From an uncultured Eubacteriales bacterium (GTDB taxonomy: Bacteria; Bacillota; Clostridia; Oscillospirales; CAG-272): a DNA stretch of 64,000 nucleotides. This document shows, one piece after another, positions 1-8,048 of the stretch (position 1 is the stretch's first letter; each line of letters begins with the position of its first letter). Location of the stretch: the NCBI GenBank assembly GCA_949299535.1, contig CASGAQ010000007.1:181-64180 (forward strand), in the 5' to 3' direction. Under the pieces are notes generated by a model that saw only the letters and a list, made by a program, of their open reading frames with translations, did not search any database and was not told where the DNA came from. The translations under genes and the position numbers were made by a program.

Positions 1-7
1 TTCGTGT

Positions 8-196
8 TCAGATATATTTGATTTTGAACTTTCTTTTCTTGGCTGAAAGCACCTTGCAGAGAACATCGTCAACCCCATCGGTGTATCTGCCTTGTGCTAT
101 CAGGCTGTTCTTCAAACGGATAAGTGATTGTATCACTCTGCTGTATTCGTCATTGGTAAGGTATAAATGATATTTCTGTTCTTTCAAAACAACCAC
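8..196 (-). CDS. small hypothetical protein (62 aa in the track; true start may be the TTG at 187)
   Basis: The ORF starts with GTG directly abutting a GGAGG (197-201). A TTG at 187 sits 9 nt after that SD. I recognise no motif. It lies next to tRNA fragments and a repeat array, so it may belong to an integrated element lying off-window. Confidence 0.35.
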   Translation of the reverse strand: MVVLKEQKYHLYLTNDEYSRVIQSLIRLKNSLIAQGRYTDGVDDVLCKVLSAKKRKFKIKYI

Positions 197-335
197 CTCC
201 TGTTGCTACAATTATATAATAGGAAAGGACATAGAGGTAGTTTGCGATTGCTGCTTGACCACCCCCTTAATGAACGAATTAACAGGGTAACAGCCGCCCC
301 GGTTCTTAGCAAGATTTTTGCTCTTTTTTTTCTCC

Positions 336-465
336 CATTAGCAGAGAGGGCGTTTTCATTAGCAAAATAGCGAAAATCCTGCTAATTTTTATTAGCAAAC
401 CGTACACCTGATAGGCGGACGACATTTGTCCTAATTTCCATTAGCTGACGGAGAATTTGCTAATG
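336..465. repeat. cluster of six ATTAGC(A) motifs in both orientations
   Basis: CATTAGCA occurs at 336-343, 357-364 and 439-446, and ATTAGCA at 391-397. The inverted form TGCTAAT occurs at 380-386 and 458-464. The segment is non-coding, between the small ORF and the tRNA-derived fragments. Confidence 0.7.
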
Positions 466-558
466 AAAATCTATGAATTTTACGATTTTTCTCTTTTTCC
501 GTAAAAATGAAAAAACGCCGGAAACCCTTGATTTTACTCACGTTTCCGGCGGAGTTTT

Positions 559-603
559 TGGCGTTCCCGAGGTGATTCGAACACCCGACCTACCGCTTAG
601 GAA
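559..603 (-). pseudogene. tRNA-Arg(CCU) 3' half only (anticodon loop, 3' anticodon stem, T arm, acceptor 3' strand, encoded CCA)
   Basis: The minus strand reads TTCCTAA GCGGT AGGTC GGGTG TTCGAAT CACCT CGGGAAC G CCA. No D arm or 5' acceptor strand adjoins it. Confidence 0.65.
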
Positions 604-651
604 ACTCAATGTCAATCGCCTTTGCCCGAAAAGCGGTCGTTATAACATATT

Positions 652-691
652 CTTAGGAGGCGTGTGCTCTATCCAGCTGAGCTATATGGAC
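652..691 (-). pseudogene. tRNA-Arg(CCU)-like 5' half (copy A)
   Basis: The minus strand reads GTCCATA TA GCTC AGCTGGATA GAGC A CACGC CTCCTAA. It is followed by about 50 nt that do not complete the anticodon stem or a T arm. Confidence 0.6.
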
Positions 692-711
692 GTGTCTGAT
701 ATATGATTATA

Positions 712-815
712 GCCCGGCAAAAGTCGAACTGCAATCCCTTATTTAGTTTTTCTAAGGTGGCCGTTGTAACGCAACCTTAGGAAGCGGTCGCTCTATCCTG
801 CTGAGCTACGGGCGC
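712..815 (-). pseudogene. tRNA-Arg(CCU)-like gene (copy B) with intact 5' half and a disrupted, degenerate 3' part
   Basis: The minus strand reads GCGCCCG TA GCTC AGCAGGATA GAGC G ACCGC TTCCTAA. A 7-bp hairpin CTAAGGT..ACCTTAG follows. Then comes a degenerate T-arm-like GCAGTTCGACTTTTGC and CGGGC, which is only 5 of 7 acceptor nucleotides with no CCA. Confidence 0.55.
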
Positions 816-915
816 AAATAGATATATTTAAATTTAAAAAGAGCTGACACAAGAATTGCCGCGCCCGCAGAAAGCGGGCACGGTATATTTTATGAAAATA
901 ATCTGCTCTTTGATT

Positions 916-2310
916 TTATTTTTTATCTTTTTCCGATAAAACTCTCTCGTCTTCCTTTTCCGTTTCATCTTCGTAGTCTATTTTATCAAGATAATCTTCC
1001 GCAAGCTCATCTTCATGAGGCTCGGATTCAATATCCTGCTCCGTGGTCGTGACGAACATACTCTTTATACGGGTAAAGAGCGACGGTTTTTTCTCCTTAT
1101 TCTCCTCGGCTTTTATACGCTCAAGTTCTATCTCTTTGCCGACGCTGTCGGAATAATAATCGACTATCTCCGTCGCAAGACCTTTTTTGCGGAGCCTGTT
1201 TGAAATAGCGTCGTCGAACCATGTGTATATGAGAGAGAATACCGGCACGCCTATTACCATACCCATGAATCCAAAAAGTCCCGACATTATCGAGATGGCG
1301 ATAACAACCCAGACAGAGGAAAGATTCAAGTGGTTGCCGATTATCTTAGGCGCTATGATATTTCCGTCTATCTGCTGTATCACCACAATGATTATTATGA
1401 ACCAAATTACCGATATAGGATCGGCTATAAAAATGATGAAAGCGGAAGGGATAGCGCCGATAAAAGGGCCGAAAAACGGAATAAAATTCGTAAAGCCGAT
1501 GATAAGCGAAACAAGCGGATAATACGGTATGCCGACAATGCTGCATATGACAAAACATTCAAGTCCCACGAGAAGAGAGTCGAACGCCATGGCGACGATA
1601 TAACCGCCGAAAGAATCATCAGCCTGCTTTACTATACGAACTATTTTTTCGTATTTATTTTCGGAGAAGAGCGCTCTGACAAATCTCTTGCCCTGAGCGA
1701 TAAACTTCTCTTTCTGCAAAAGGAAATAAACGGAAAGTATTATGCCGACAATAAAGTCTTTGATGAAAACAAATATGTTTCCGAGAATACCCGTGAGCTT
1801 TGGCATGATATATTCGATAATATCATATACTTTATCGATAAAACTGTTGATATAGCTCACCAATTTTTCAATTATTCCGGAAAAGGATTCGCTTTGTTCC
1901 GAAAGCTTTGTAAGCCAGTTCTGGACAGCCGCGATATACATGGGCACATTGTTTTTAAGGTCCACGATCCCCGCCCATACCTGAGGTCCGATAAAGATAC
2001 ATAACAGGGCAAGGATAATTATAACCGTAATATATGCACAGCTCACCGACAAAGTGCGCTTTAATTTCATTTTCTTCTCTTTTTTATCCAGAAAAGAAAA
2101 TACCCTGTTTTCAAATATCTTAACTATCCTGTTGACGACATATGCTATAATTATTCCGTAAAAAATAGGATTAAATACGGCCATTATGCTCTTAAAGCTA
2201 TTGCCGACATCGACTTTAATGAAGAAGAATACGCACACTACCGCAAACAGTATGAGCAGACAAGCACAAATCATTATTTGAGAACGTTTTTTGTTCCACT
2301 CAAATTTCAT
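916..2310 (-). CDS. AI-2E family transporter (PerM/YhhT-like) with acidic C-terminal tail
   Basis: The 464-aa polytopic membrane protein has the layout typical of UPF0118/AI-2E permeases. Its C terminus is rich in E/D. Confidence 0.75.
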   Translation of the reverse strand: MKFEWNKKRSQIMICACLLILFAVVCVFFFIKVDVGNSFKSIMAVFNPIFYGIIIAYVVNRIVKIFENRVFSFLDKKEKKMKLKRTLSVSCAYITVIIILALLCIFIGPQVWAGIVDLKNNVPMYIAAVQNWLTKLSEQSESFSGIIEKLVSYINSFIDKVYDIIEYIMPKLTGILGNIFVFIKDFIVGIILSVYFLLQKEKFIAQGKRFVRALFSENKYEKIVRIVKQADDSFGGYIVAMAFDSLLVGLECFVICSIVGIPYYPLVSLIIGFTNFIPFFGPFIGAIPSAFIIFIADPISVIWFIIIIVVIQQIDGNIIAPKIIGNHLNLSSVWVVIAISIMSGLFGFMGMVIGVPVFSLIYTWFDDAISNRLRKKGLATEIVDYYSDSVGKEIELERIKAEENKEKKPSLFTRIKSMFVTTTEQDIESEPHEDELAEDYLDKIDYEDETEKEDERVLSEKDKK

Positions 2311-2503
2311 ATGTGTCCTCCTTCGGAAAAATAAAAATATTATTTCTTGTTTTTGTTATATTATATAAATATTCTACACTTATAAGTCGGTCAAGTCAAG
2401 TTTTTTTCTCACTCTGAATTGTTACAAATATCTTAACTTGTTTATGTGCATTTTTCCGCGCTCGGCTAAACACCGGAGCTTGAAAAAGAAATACTTATGA
2501 CGA

Positions 2504-3163
2504 TTATTTTTCGATTATCCTGATGGCACCGAAAGAGCAGTCCGCATCAATGCAAAGAGGAATGCCGCAGTCATTCTCCGGATATTCGTTTTCTATCTCT
2601 CCGAAAACGACGCTGCTCTTCAGTTCAAGCGAAACATTCTTGGGAAGTATTACTCTGGTTTCACCGAACAAACAAAATATTTTCAAAGGCTCCGTCTGAT
2701 TTATTACCGCGCCGGAAATGTCTATGACCATTTCGCCGAAAACGCATTTGAAAGCGCCGCCGTCAAACGGCTTTCCGTCATAAATGAGCTTTTTGCTTGA
2801 GAAAGAAGACTTGGTATTATAGATCATGCCTCTTTTTCGTCTTTCGGTTCTGACGGCGGAAACGATGATACACACGCCTATTATCACGACAGCGGCGGGA
2901 AAAATGAGTTTCCACGAGATATATTTGCCGAAAGTTTCTGTCTTGCTGAGAAGCAGCAGCACGCCGACTGCAAGTCCAGTTATATTTCCCGCGTCCGGAC
3001 CGTTCGTTATGATCAAGTAAATACATGGCAGAATTATAAACAGAGTCCACCAACCGGGGAAAAGAACGTCTATGTCCCAGATACCCATTACATTTCCGCC
3101 GAATATAACGCCGAGAGCAATTACAAGAAGTCCGAAAAAGACTTTAGATATCGTTTTTCTCAA
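2504..3163 (-). CDS. LiaF-like membrane protein (N-terminal TM segments plus C-terminal DUF2154-type beta domain)
   Basis: The 219-aa protein has 3-4 N-terminal TM helices. Its C terminus shows the repetitive pattern seen in cell-wall-active-antibiotic response proteins (GEMVIDISGAVI...VILPKNVSLELKSSVVFGEI). Confidence 0.5.
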   Translation of the reverse strand: MRKTISKVFFGLLVIALGVIFGGNVMGIWDIDVLFPGWWTLFIILPCIYLIITNGPDAGNITGLAVGVLLLLSKTETFGKYISWKLIFPAAVVIIGVCIIVSAVRTERRKRGMIYNTKSSFSSKKLIYDGKPFDGGAFKCVFGEMVIDISGAVINQTEPLKIFCLFGETRVILPKNVSLELKSSVVFGEIENEYPENDCGIPLCIDADCSFGAIRIIEK

Positions 3164-3229
3164 AGTGACAGCCTCCTCACATCAAAATTATATTTTTTAA
3201 TCATATTAATCATATATTTTGCCCTAATA

Positions 3230-4471
3230 TCAGTATTTCATTCGTGCCTGTGCACGTTTTTGGCGAATATACATATTTCGGAACACCAGAATCAGCACTC
3301 CCACGCATATTATAAACAGCACTACCCAGAAAGAGAGCGTCAGCTCGTTTGTGCGGACTATTGATATCCAGAGGTCGTCCATGAGCTGATTCGTTTCGGA
3401 AGAAAGATGTTTGAATCTTTCTGTGTTGGAAAGGACTTCATCGTCGGGGTAAGCGATATCGCTTGAGGCAAGCTCCTCGTCCATAAGCGGTTTTGCCGCA
3501 GAGATAGGCGTCGAATACCATATCATATCGCAGTTTGCCGCGGATATTACAGGTTCGCACATGAAATTTATGAACATTTCAGCCGCTTCTTTGTTTTCGC
3601 TTGTCGCAGGTATGCACATTGCGTCCGTAAAGAGATTCGTGCCTTCGTCCGGAATAAAGAACGCAAGGTTCTCGTTTTCGTCTGCCATCGTAAGGTAATC
3701 TCCCGCATAGTACGGAGCTATATATGCGTTTTCCTCGACCATTTTGTCGAATATCATATCCATGACGTACGCCTGAACGACATCACCCTGTTTTGAGAGC
3801 TCCTCGGCGGCTTCCTTTATCTCTTGCTCGTTCGTTGTATTCATTGAATAGCCGAGCTTTTTAAGAGCTATTGCAAAAGCGTCGCGCGAGTTGTCGAACA
3901 TGAGTATCTTGCCCGAATATTTTTCGTTCCAAAGCAGATCCCAGCCGGTGACATCTTCATCGTCGACGTATTTGGTGTTGTAAATAATACCTACCGTGCC
4001 CCACATATAAGGCACGCTGTATTCATTGGACGAGTCGTATTCGGGATTTTTAAATTCGTCGTCTACATATTTTTCAAAATTTGGTATATTAGAATAATCC
4101 AGCTTGTGAAGCATTCCCTCCTCGGCAAGACGCGACACCATGTAGTCCGAGGGGATTATAACGTCATACGAAGCGCTGCCGCTCTTCAGCTTGGCATAGA
4201 GAGATTCATTGCTGTCAAAAGTGGTATATTCCACGTTTATGCCGGTGAGTTTTTCAAACTCTTTTACGACATCGACGGAACCGTCGCTGCCGTCGGATAT
4301 ATACTCGCCCCAGTTGTAAACGTATATCGTTACATTCTTGTCTTTCAGTTTTGAGTAATATTCCATATCATAGGAGTATTCCTCCGTTTCGGAGGCTTGC
4401 GCCGGAAATACTGCCGAGCATAACAGCAAAGACGCCGAGAGAATCAACAAAAGTATTTTTTTAAATTTCAT
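3230..4471 (-). CDS. potD: spermidine/putrescine ABC transporter substrate-binding protein
   Basis: The 413-aa protein has an N-terminal signal peptide and a PotD/PotF-like body. It is the last gene of the potABCD-order operon. It has an extra C-terminal TM helix. Confidence 0.8.
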   Translation of the reverse strand: MKFKKILLLILSASLLLCSAVFPAQASETEEYSYDMEYYSKLKDKNVTIYVYNWGEYISDGSDGSVDVVKEFEKLTGINVEYTTFDSNESLYAKLKSGSASYDVIIPSDYMVSRLAEEGMLHKLDYSNIPNFEKYVDDEFKNPEYDSSNEYSVPYMWGTVGIIYNTKYVDDEDVTGWDLLWNEKYSGKILMFDNSRDAFAIALKKLGYSMNTTNEQEIKEAAEELSKQGDVVQAYVMDMIFDKMVEENAYIAPYYAGDYLTMADENENLAFFIPDEGTNLFTDAMCIPATSENKEAAEMFINFMCEPVISAANCDMIWYSTPISAAKPLMDEELASSDIAYPDDEVLSNTERFKHLSSETNQLMDDLWISIVRTNELTLSFWVVLFIICVGVLILVFRNMYIRQKRAQARMKY

Positions 4472-4474
4472 AAT

Positions 4475-5275
4475 TTATCTCCTTGCGGCTCTTTTCCTCT
4501 CAATTTCTTTTTCCCTGCGTATGGCGCGGATATTCGTCACAAGAAGCACCGCCAGCACTACCGCAAAAAGTATCGTGGAAAGCGCGTTTATTTCGGGACT
4601 TACCCTTTTCTTAACCATTGAATATATGGTAATGGAGAGGGTTTGAACATCTCCTGCGGTAAAGAAGCTTATGACAAAGTCATCTATTGAATAGGTCAGA
4701 GCCATAAGAAATCCTGTGACGATACCGGGCATTATCTCCGGTATGACAACTTTCTGAAAAGCCTTTGCAGGACTGCAGCCAAGATCCATCGCCGCTTCAT
4801 AAAGACTTACGTTTATCTGCCTCAGTTTAGGAAGAATGGACAGAAATACACTCGGCACGCAAAACGTGATGTGAGCTATTATAAGCGTTGCCCAGCCGCC
4901 TCTCATACGCATTGCGGAAAAGAGCAGCATGAGCGAAATACCCGTAACTATCTCCGGATTGAGGATAGGGAGATTCGTAACATTTTTGATAAGTCCCTTT
5001 GCCATCTTGTTTTTCATCGAATAAACGCCGAGCGCCGCCAAAATTCCGAGAATTGTCGCCAATACGCTGGCAACAAAAGCGACGATAAGCGTATTCCGGA
5101 AAGATTCTATTATAAGCTCGTTTGAAAAAAGCTCCTTGTACCATTTAAGAGAGAAACCTTGCCAAGAGTACCCTTTTACAGAGTTAAATGAGTAAATTAT
5201 AAGTATAGCTATGGGCGCATAAAGGAACGCCAATACAAAAGCGGCGTATATGCCAGATATTTTGCTTCTTTTCAT
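4475..5275 (-). CDS. potC: spermidine/putrescine ABC transporter permease
   Basis: The 266-aa protein is a 6-TM BPD-type permease. Its start overlaps the potB stop by 4 nt. Confidence 0.85.
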   Translation of the reverse strand: MKRSKISGIYAAFVLAFLYAPIAILIIYSFNSVKGYSWQGFSLKWYKELFSNELIIESFRNTLIVAFVASVLATILGILAALGVYSMKNKMAKGLIKNVTNLPILNPEIVTGISLMLLFSAMRMRGGWATLIIAHITFCVPSVFLSILPKLRQINVSLYEAAMDLGCSPAKAFQKVVIPEIMPGIVTGFLMALTYSIDDFVISFFTAGDVQTLSITIYSMVKKRVSPEINALSTILFAVVLAVLLVTNIRAIRREKEIERKRAARR

Positions 5276-6090
5276 ACTATCATCGCCTCCGAATCTTCCG
5301 TTTCAAGGCGATTGAAAATCACCATTGTTATAAGGACTACGACCATAAGCAGCAGAGAAGTTGCCGAGCCATAGTTGAGGTTGTAAGCGCCGCCCAGCGT
5401 CTGAGCCGTAATAAGGTCGCCTATAAGGTAGTTTCCGCTTCCGCCGAGGAGCCCTGATATTACAAACGTGCTGACGGCGGGTACAAATACCATCGTCGTT
5501 CCGGAAACTATTCCGGGAACGCTCATGGGAAATATTATCCTTCTGTGCGTCTGGATAAAGCCGGCGCCGAGATCTGCCGCAGCCTCCACAAGTCTTACGT
5601 CTATCTTTGTCATAATAGAGTAAAGCGGCAGTATCATATACGGTAAGTAGTTGTATACCATACCGAAAACGACGGCGCCCTGAGTGTTTATCATCTGCAA
5701 AGGCTCAAACCCGAGCTTTGTAAGCAGAGTGTTTATTACGCCGTTATCCTCTATGAGCGCTGAAAGCGCGTGCGTGCGGAGCAGAAAGTTCATCCACATG
5801 GGAAGCATGACGAGCATTATCATCATCTTCTGTCTGCTGTAAGACTTGCGCGAAACGTGATACGCAAAAGGATATGCTATGACAAGGCATATGACCGTCG
5901 AAATAGCGGCAAGATAAATGCTTTTTATGAGCGTGGGAATATGGTCGGACGCTTTTTTGATATATTCGAGCGTGAAAATTCCGTCCGCGTCCGTAAAACC
6001 GAAATACGCTATCATGCAAAGCGGGATTATGGTGAAAAGCACCATCCAGGCAATATAGGGAGCCGCCGCCCATCTGGCTTTAATCGTCAT
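5272..6090 (-). CDS. potB: spermidine/putrescine ABC transporter permease
   Basis: The 272-aa protein is a BPD-type permease. Its start overlaps the potA stop by 4 nt. Confidence 0.85.
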   Translation of the reverse strand: MTIKARWAAAPYIAWMVLFTIIPLCMIAYFGFTDADGIFTLEYIKKASDHIPTLIKSIYLAAISTVICLVIAYPFAYHVSRKSYSRQKMMIMLVMLPMWMNFLLRTHALSALIEDNGVINTLLTKLGFEPLQMINTQGAVVFGMVYNYLPYMILPLYSIMTKIDVRLVEAAADLGAGFIQTHRRIIFPMSVPGIVSGTTMVFVPAVSTFVISGLLGGSGNYLIGDLITAQTLGGAYNLNYGSATSLLLMVVVLITMVIFNRLETEDSEAMIV

Positions 6091-7694
6091 TTTACTTCTC
6101 CGCCCTCCTCATCCGTTTCATCTTCTTCCTTCGCCCGCCAATTGCTCTTGTGCATGATGTGGATATTGTCGGGGGCTATGTAAAGACCGACAAAAGTGCC
6201 GACGGGAGCAAATGTTGTGGACTGAACTATCCAAAGCTTGCCGCTGTCCGGCTTGAGCTTGATGGTATACGTCTTTTCCGAACCGTTTTCAATCGGTGTA
6301 AAATGAGCGTAGAGAGTATGATTGTCATATTCGAGCAGTTCTGCTCCCGTCTGCGCTTTTTGTCCGCCGTTTACCTTTGTAAACCAGCCTGCAAATTTAA
6401 AGCCTTCGCGTTCTTCCGGCACAGGCAGTTCTCCGTACACGCCGTTCTCACATATCATATCGTCAAAGCTGTCGTCCGTTTCATTGGACTCAAAGTACAC
6501 TCTGTATTCTTCGCCCTCTTCGCAAACAGCTTTTTCGTGTATCCTGCTTGAGCGCTCGCCGTACATCGTCCAATGCGCGTAGAGACGGTGCGGAGCGTTT
6601 TTACAGATAGCCGTATCGGCTTCGACCTTGTGTCCGCCGACGGGTTTTGTATACCAGCCTTCAAATTCAAAATCGCAGTTCGACGGAACGGGCAGTTCGC
6701 CGTAAGCTCCGTTCTCCCCTACCTCTATCGTTTCAGGAGAAACCTGACCGGAACGCAAAGCTATCTCCATTTCATAGTGTACGCCTTTGAAAGTGACGTT
6801 TACTACTTTGCCGCACAGAACGTCTTCCGATACCTCTCCGAGTCTGATGTCTTCGGGACGGATAACAACGTCCACTTTTTCATTTTTCTTGAAGCCTTTA
6901 TCAACGCATTTGTGTTTTTTGCCGCCGAAAGATATGGAAAAGTCCTCATGCATGAGTCCCGGAACGATATTCGACTGACCGATAAAGTCCGCGGTGAACG
7001 CGTTCGCCGGTTCGTTGTATATATCCTGCGGTGTGCCTATCTGCTGAATGACGCCGCCGTTCATTACAACGACGGTATCGCTCATTGTAAGCGCTTCCTC
7101 CTGGTCGTGAGTAACGTAGATAAATGTTATGCCCAGACGTTTTTGTATCTTTTTAAGTTCCGTCTGCATTTCCTTTCTCAGCTTTAGGTCAAGAGCGCCG
7201 AGCGGCTCGTCGAGAAGCAGTACCTTAGGTCTGTTTACCAGAGCGCGCGCTATCGCAACTCTCTGCTGCTGACCGCCGGAAAGCAGGTCGACTCTTCTTG
7301 AATCAAAGCCCTCAAGGTTCACCATAGCCAGCATCTCATGTACGCGGCGCGCTATCTCTTCCTCAGGCGTTTTTGAAAGACGCAGTCCGAAAGCGACGTT
7401 TTCATAAACGTCGAGATGCGGGAAAAGCGCATATTTCTGGAATACAGTGTTGAGTTGTCGTTTATGCGGAGGCAGATCGTTTATCTTTTTGCCGAGGAAA
7501 TTTACATCGCCCTCGTCCGGCGTGACAAAGCCGCCTATTATGCGAAGCATGGTCGTCTTGCCGCAGCCGGATGGTCCCAGAAGAGTCACAAACTCCTTGT
7601 CGTGGATCTCAAGGTCGACGGATCTCAAAATAGGCTCGCCGTCATAGCTTTTGGAAATGTTTTTAAGTTCGATTATAATCGGATCGCTGCTCAT
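6087..7694 (-). CDS. potA: spermidine/putrescine ABC transporter ATPase with an inserted tandem-repeat module of about 160 aa
   Basis: Walker [10 protein letters not shown], signature LSGGQQQR and Walker B LLLDEP are present. The C-terminal TOBE-like domain is split by two GW(Y/F)TK...LYAH(W/F)T repeats. Confidence 0.85.
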   Translation of the reverse strand: MSSDPIIIELKNISKSYDGEPILRSVDLEIHDKEFVTLLGPSGCGKTTMLRIIGGFVTPDEGDVNFLGKKINDLPPHKRQLNTVFQKYALFPHLDVYENVAFGLRLSKTPEEEIARRVHEMLAMVNLEGFDSRRVDLLSGGQQQRVAIARALVNRPKVLLLDEPLGALDLKLRKEMQTELKKIQKRLGITFIYVTHDQEEALTMSDTVVVMNGGVIQQIGTPQDIYNEPANAFTADFIGQSNIVPGLMHEDFSISFGGKKHKCVDKGFKKNEKVDVVIRPEDIRLGEVSEDVLCGKVVNVTFKGVHYEMEIALRSGQVSPETIEVGENGAYGELPVPSNCDFEFEGWYTKPVGGHKVEADTAICKNAPHRLYAHWTMYGERSSRIHEKAVCEEGEEYRVYFESNETDDSFDDMICENGVYGELPVPEEREGFKFAGWFTKVNGGQKAQTGAELLEYDNHTLYAHFTPIENGSEKTYTIKLKPDSGKLWIVQSTTFAPVGTFVGLYIAPDNIHIMHKSNWRAKEEDETDEEGGEVK

Positions 7695-7764
7695 TTTTTC
7701 CCTCGATTCTTTTTGAATGTATTATGCGCGTGACATACTCGGACGCACCTGCCTGTCTCAATCT

Positions 7765-7798
7765 AAAAAATGCACGGAAAAACAGTCTTTTCCGTGCA
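7765..7798 (-). terminator. rho-independent terminator downstream of spoIIE
   Basis: The minus strand reads TGCACGGAAAAGACTGTTTTTCCGTGCA followed by TTTTTT. Confidence 0.8.
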
Positions 7799-8048
7799 TT
7801 AAAAGTGCCGTGAATATCAAAAAAATTTTTTGAAAGAGGAGAAGATATAAATTCTCCGATTCACGTGGGAATTATAGCAGATTATGTCGCAAAATGCAAT
7901 AGTTTTACCGAAAAAACCTTGTGGGGAATCCAAATTATCGGCGATTGGCTCTGTTTTTGCCGAAAAACCGCGTTTATAAGTTTTTTTCTTCGTTTTTTTC
8001 CATTATTCTTAAAAAAGCTCCGATTTTCTTGCGAAGCTTAGGAATCAC

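Noticed and set aside
473-706. A 77-aa plus-strand ORF spans the tRNA-derived region.
   Set aside because: It reads through the reverse complement of tRNA T-arm and D-arm sequences, has no RBS, and has an implausible composition. I treat it as spurious.
559-815. I considered a group I intron interrupting a tRNA-Arg(CCU) anticodon loop. Such introns are known in some bacteria for this isoacceptor.
   Set aside because: The flanking halves pair at only 5 of 7 acceptor positions. The ~170-nt intervening segment contains a second tRNA 5' half rather than recognisable P3-P8 core elements. I could find no G-binding-site-like P7 or terminal guanosine context. A covariance-model scan would settle it.
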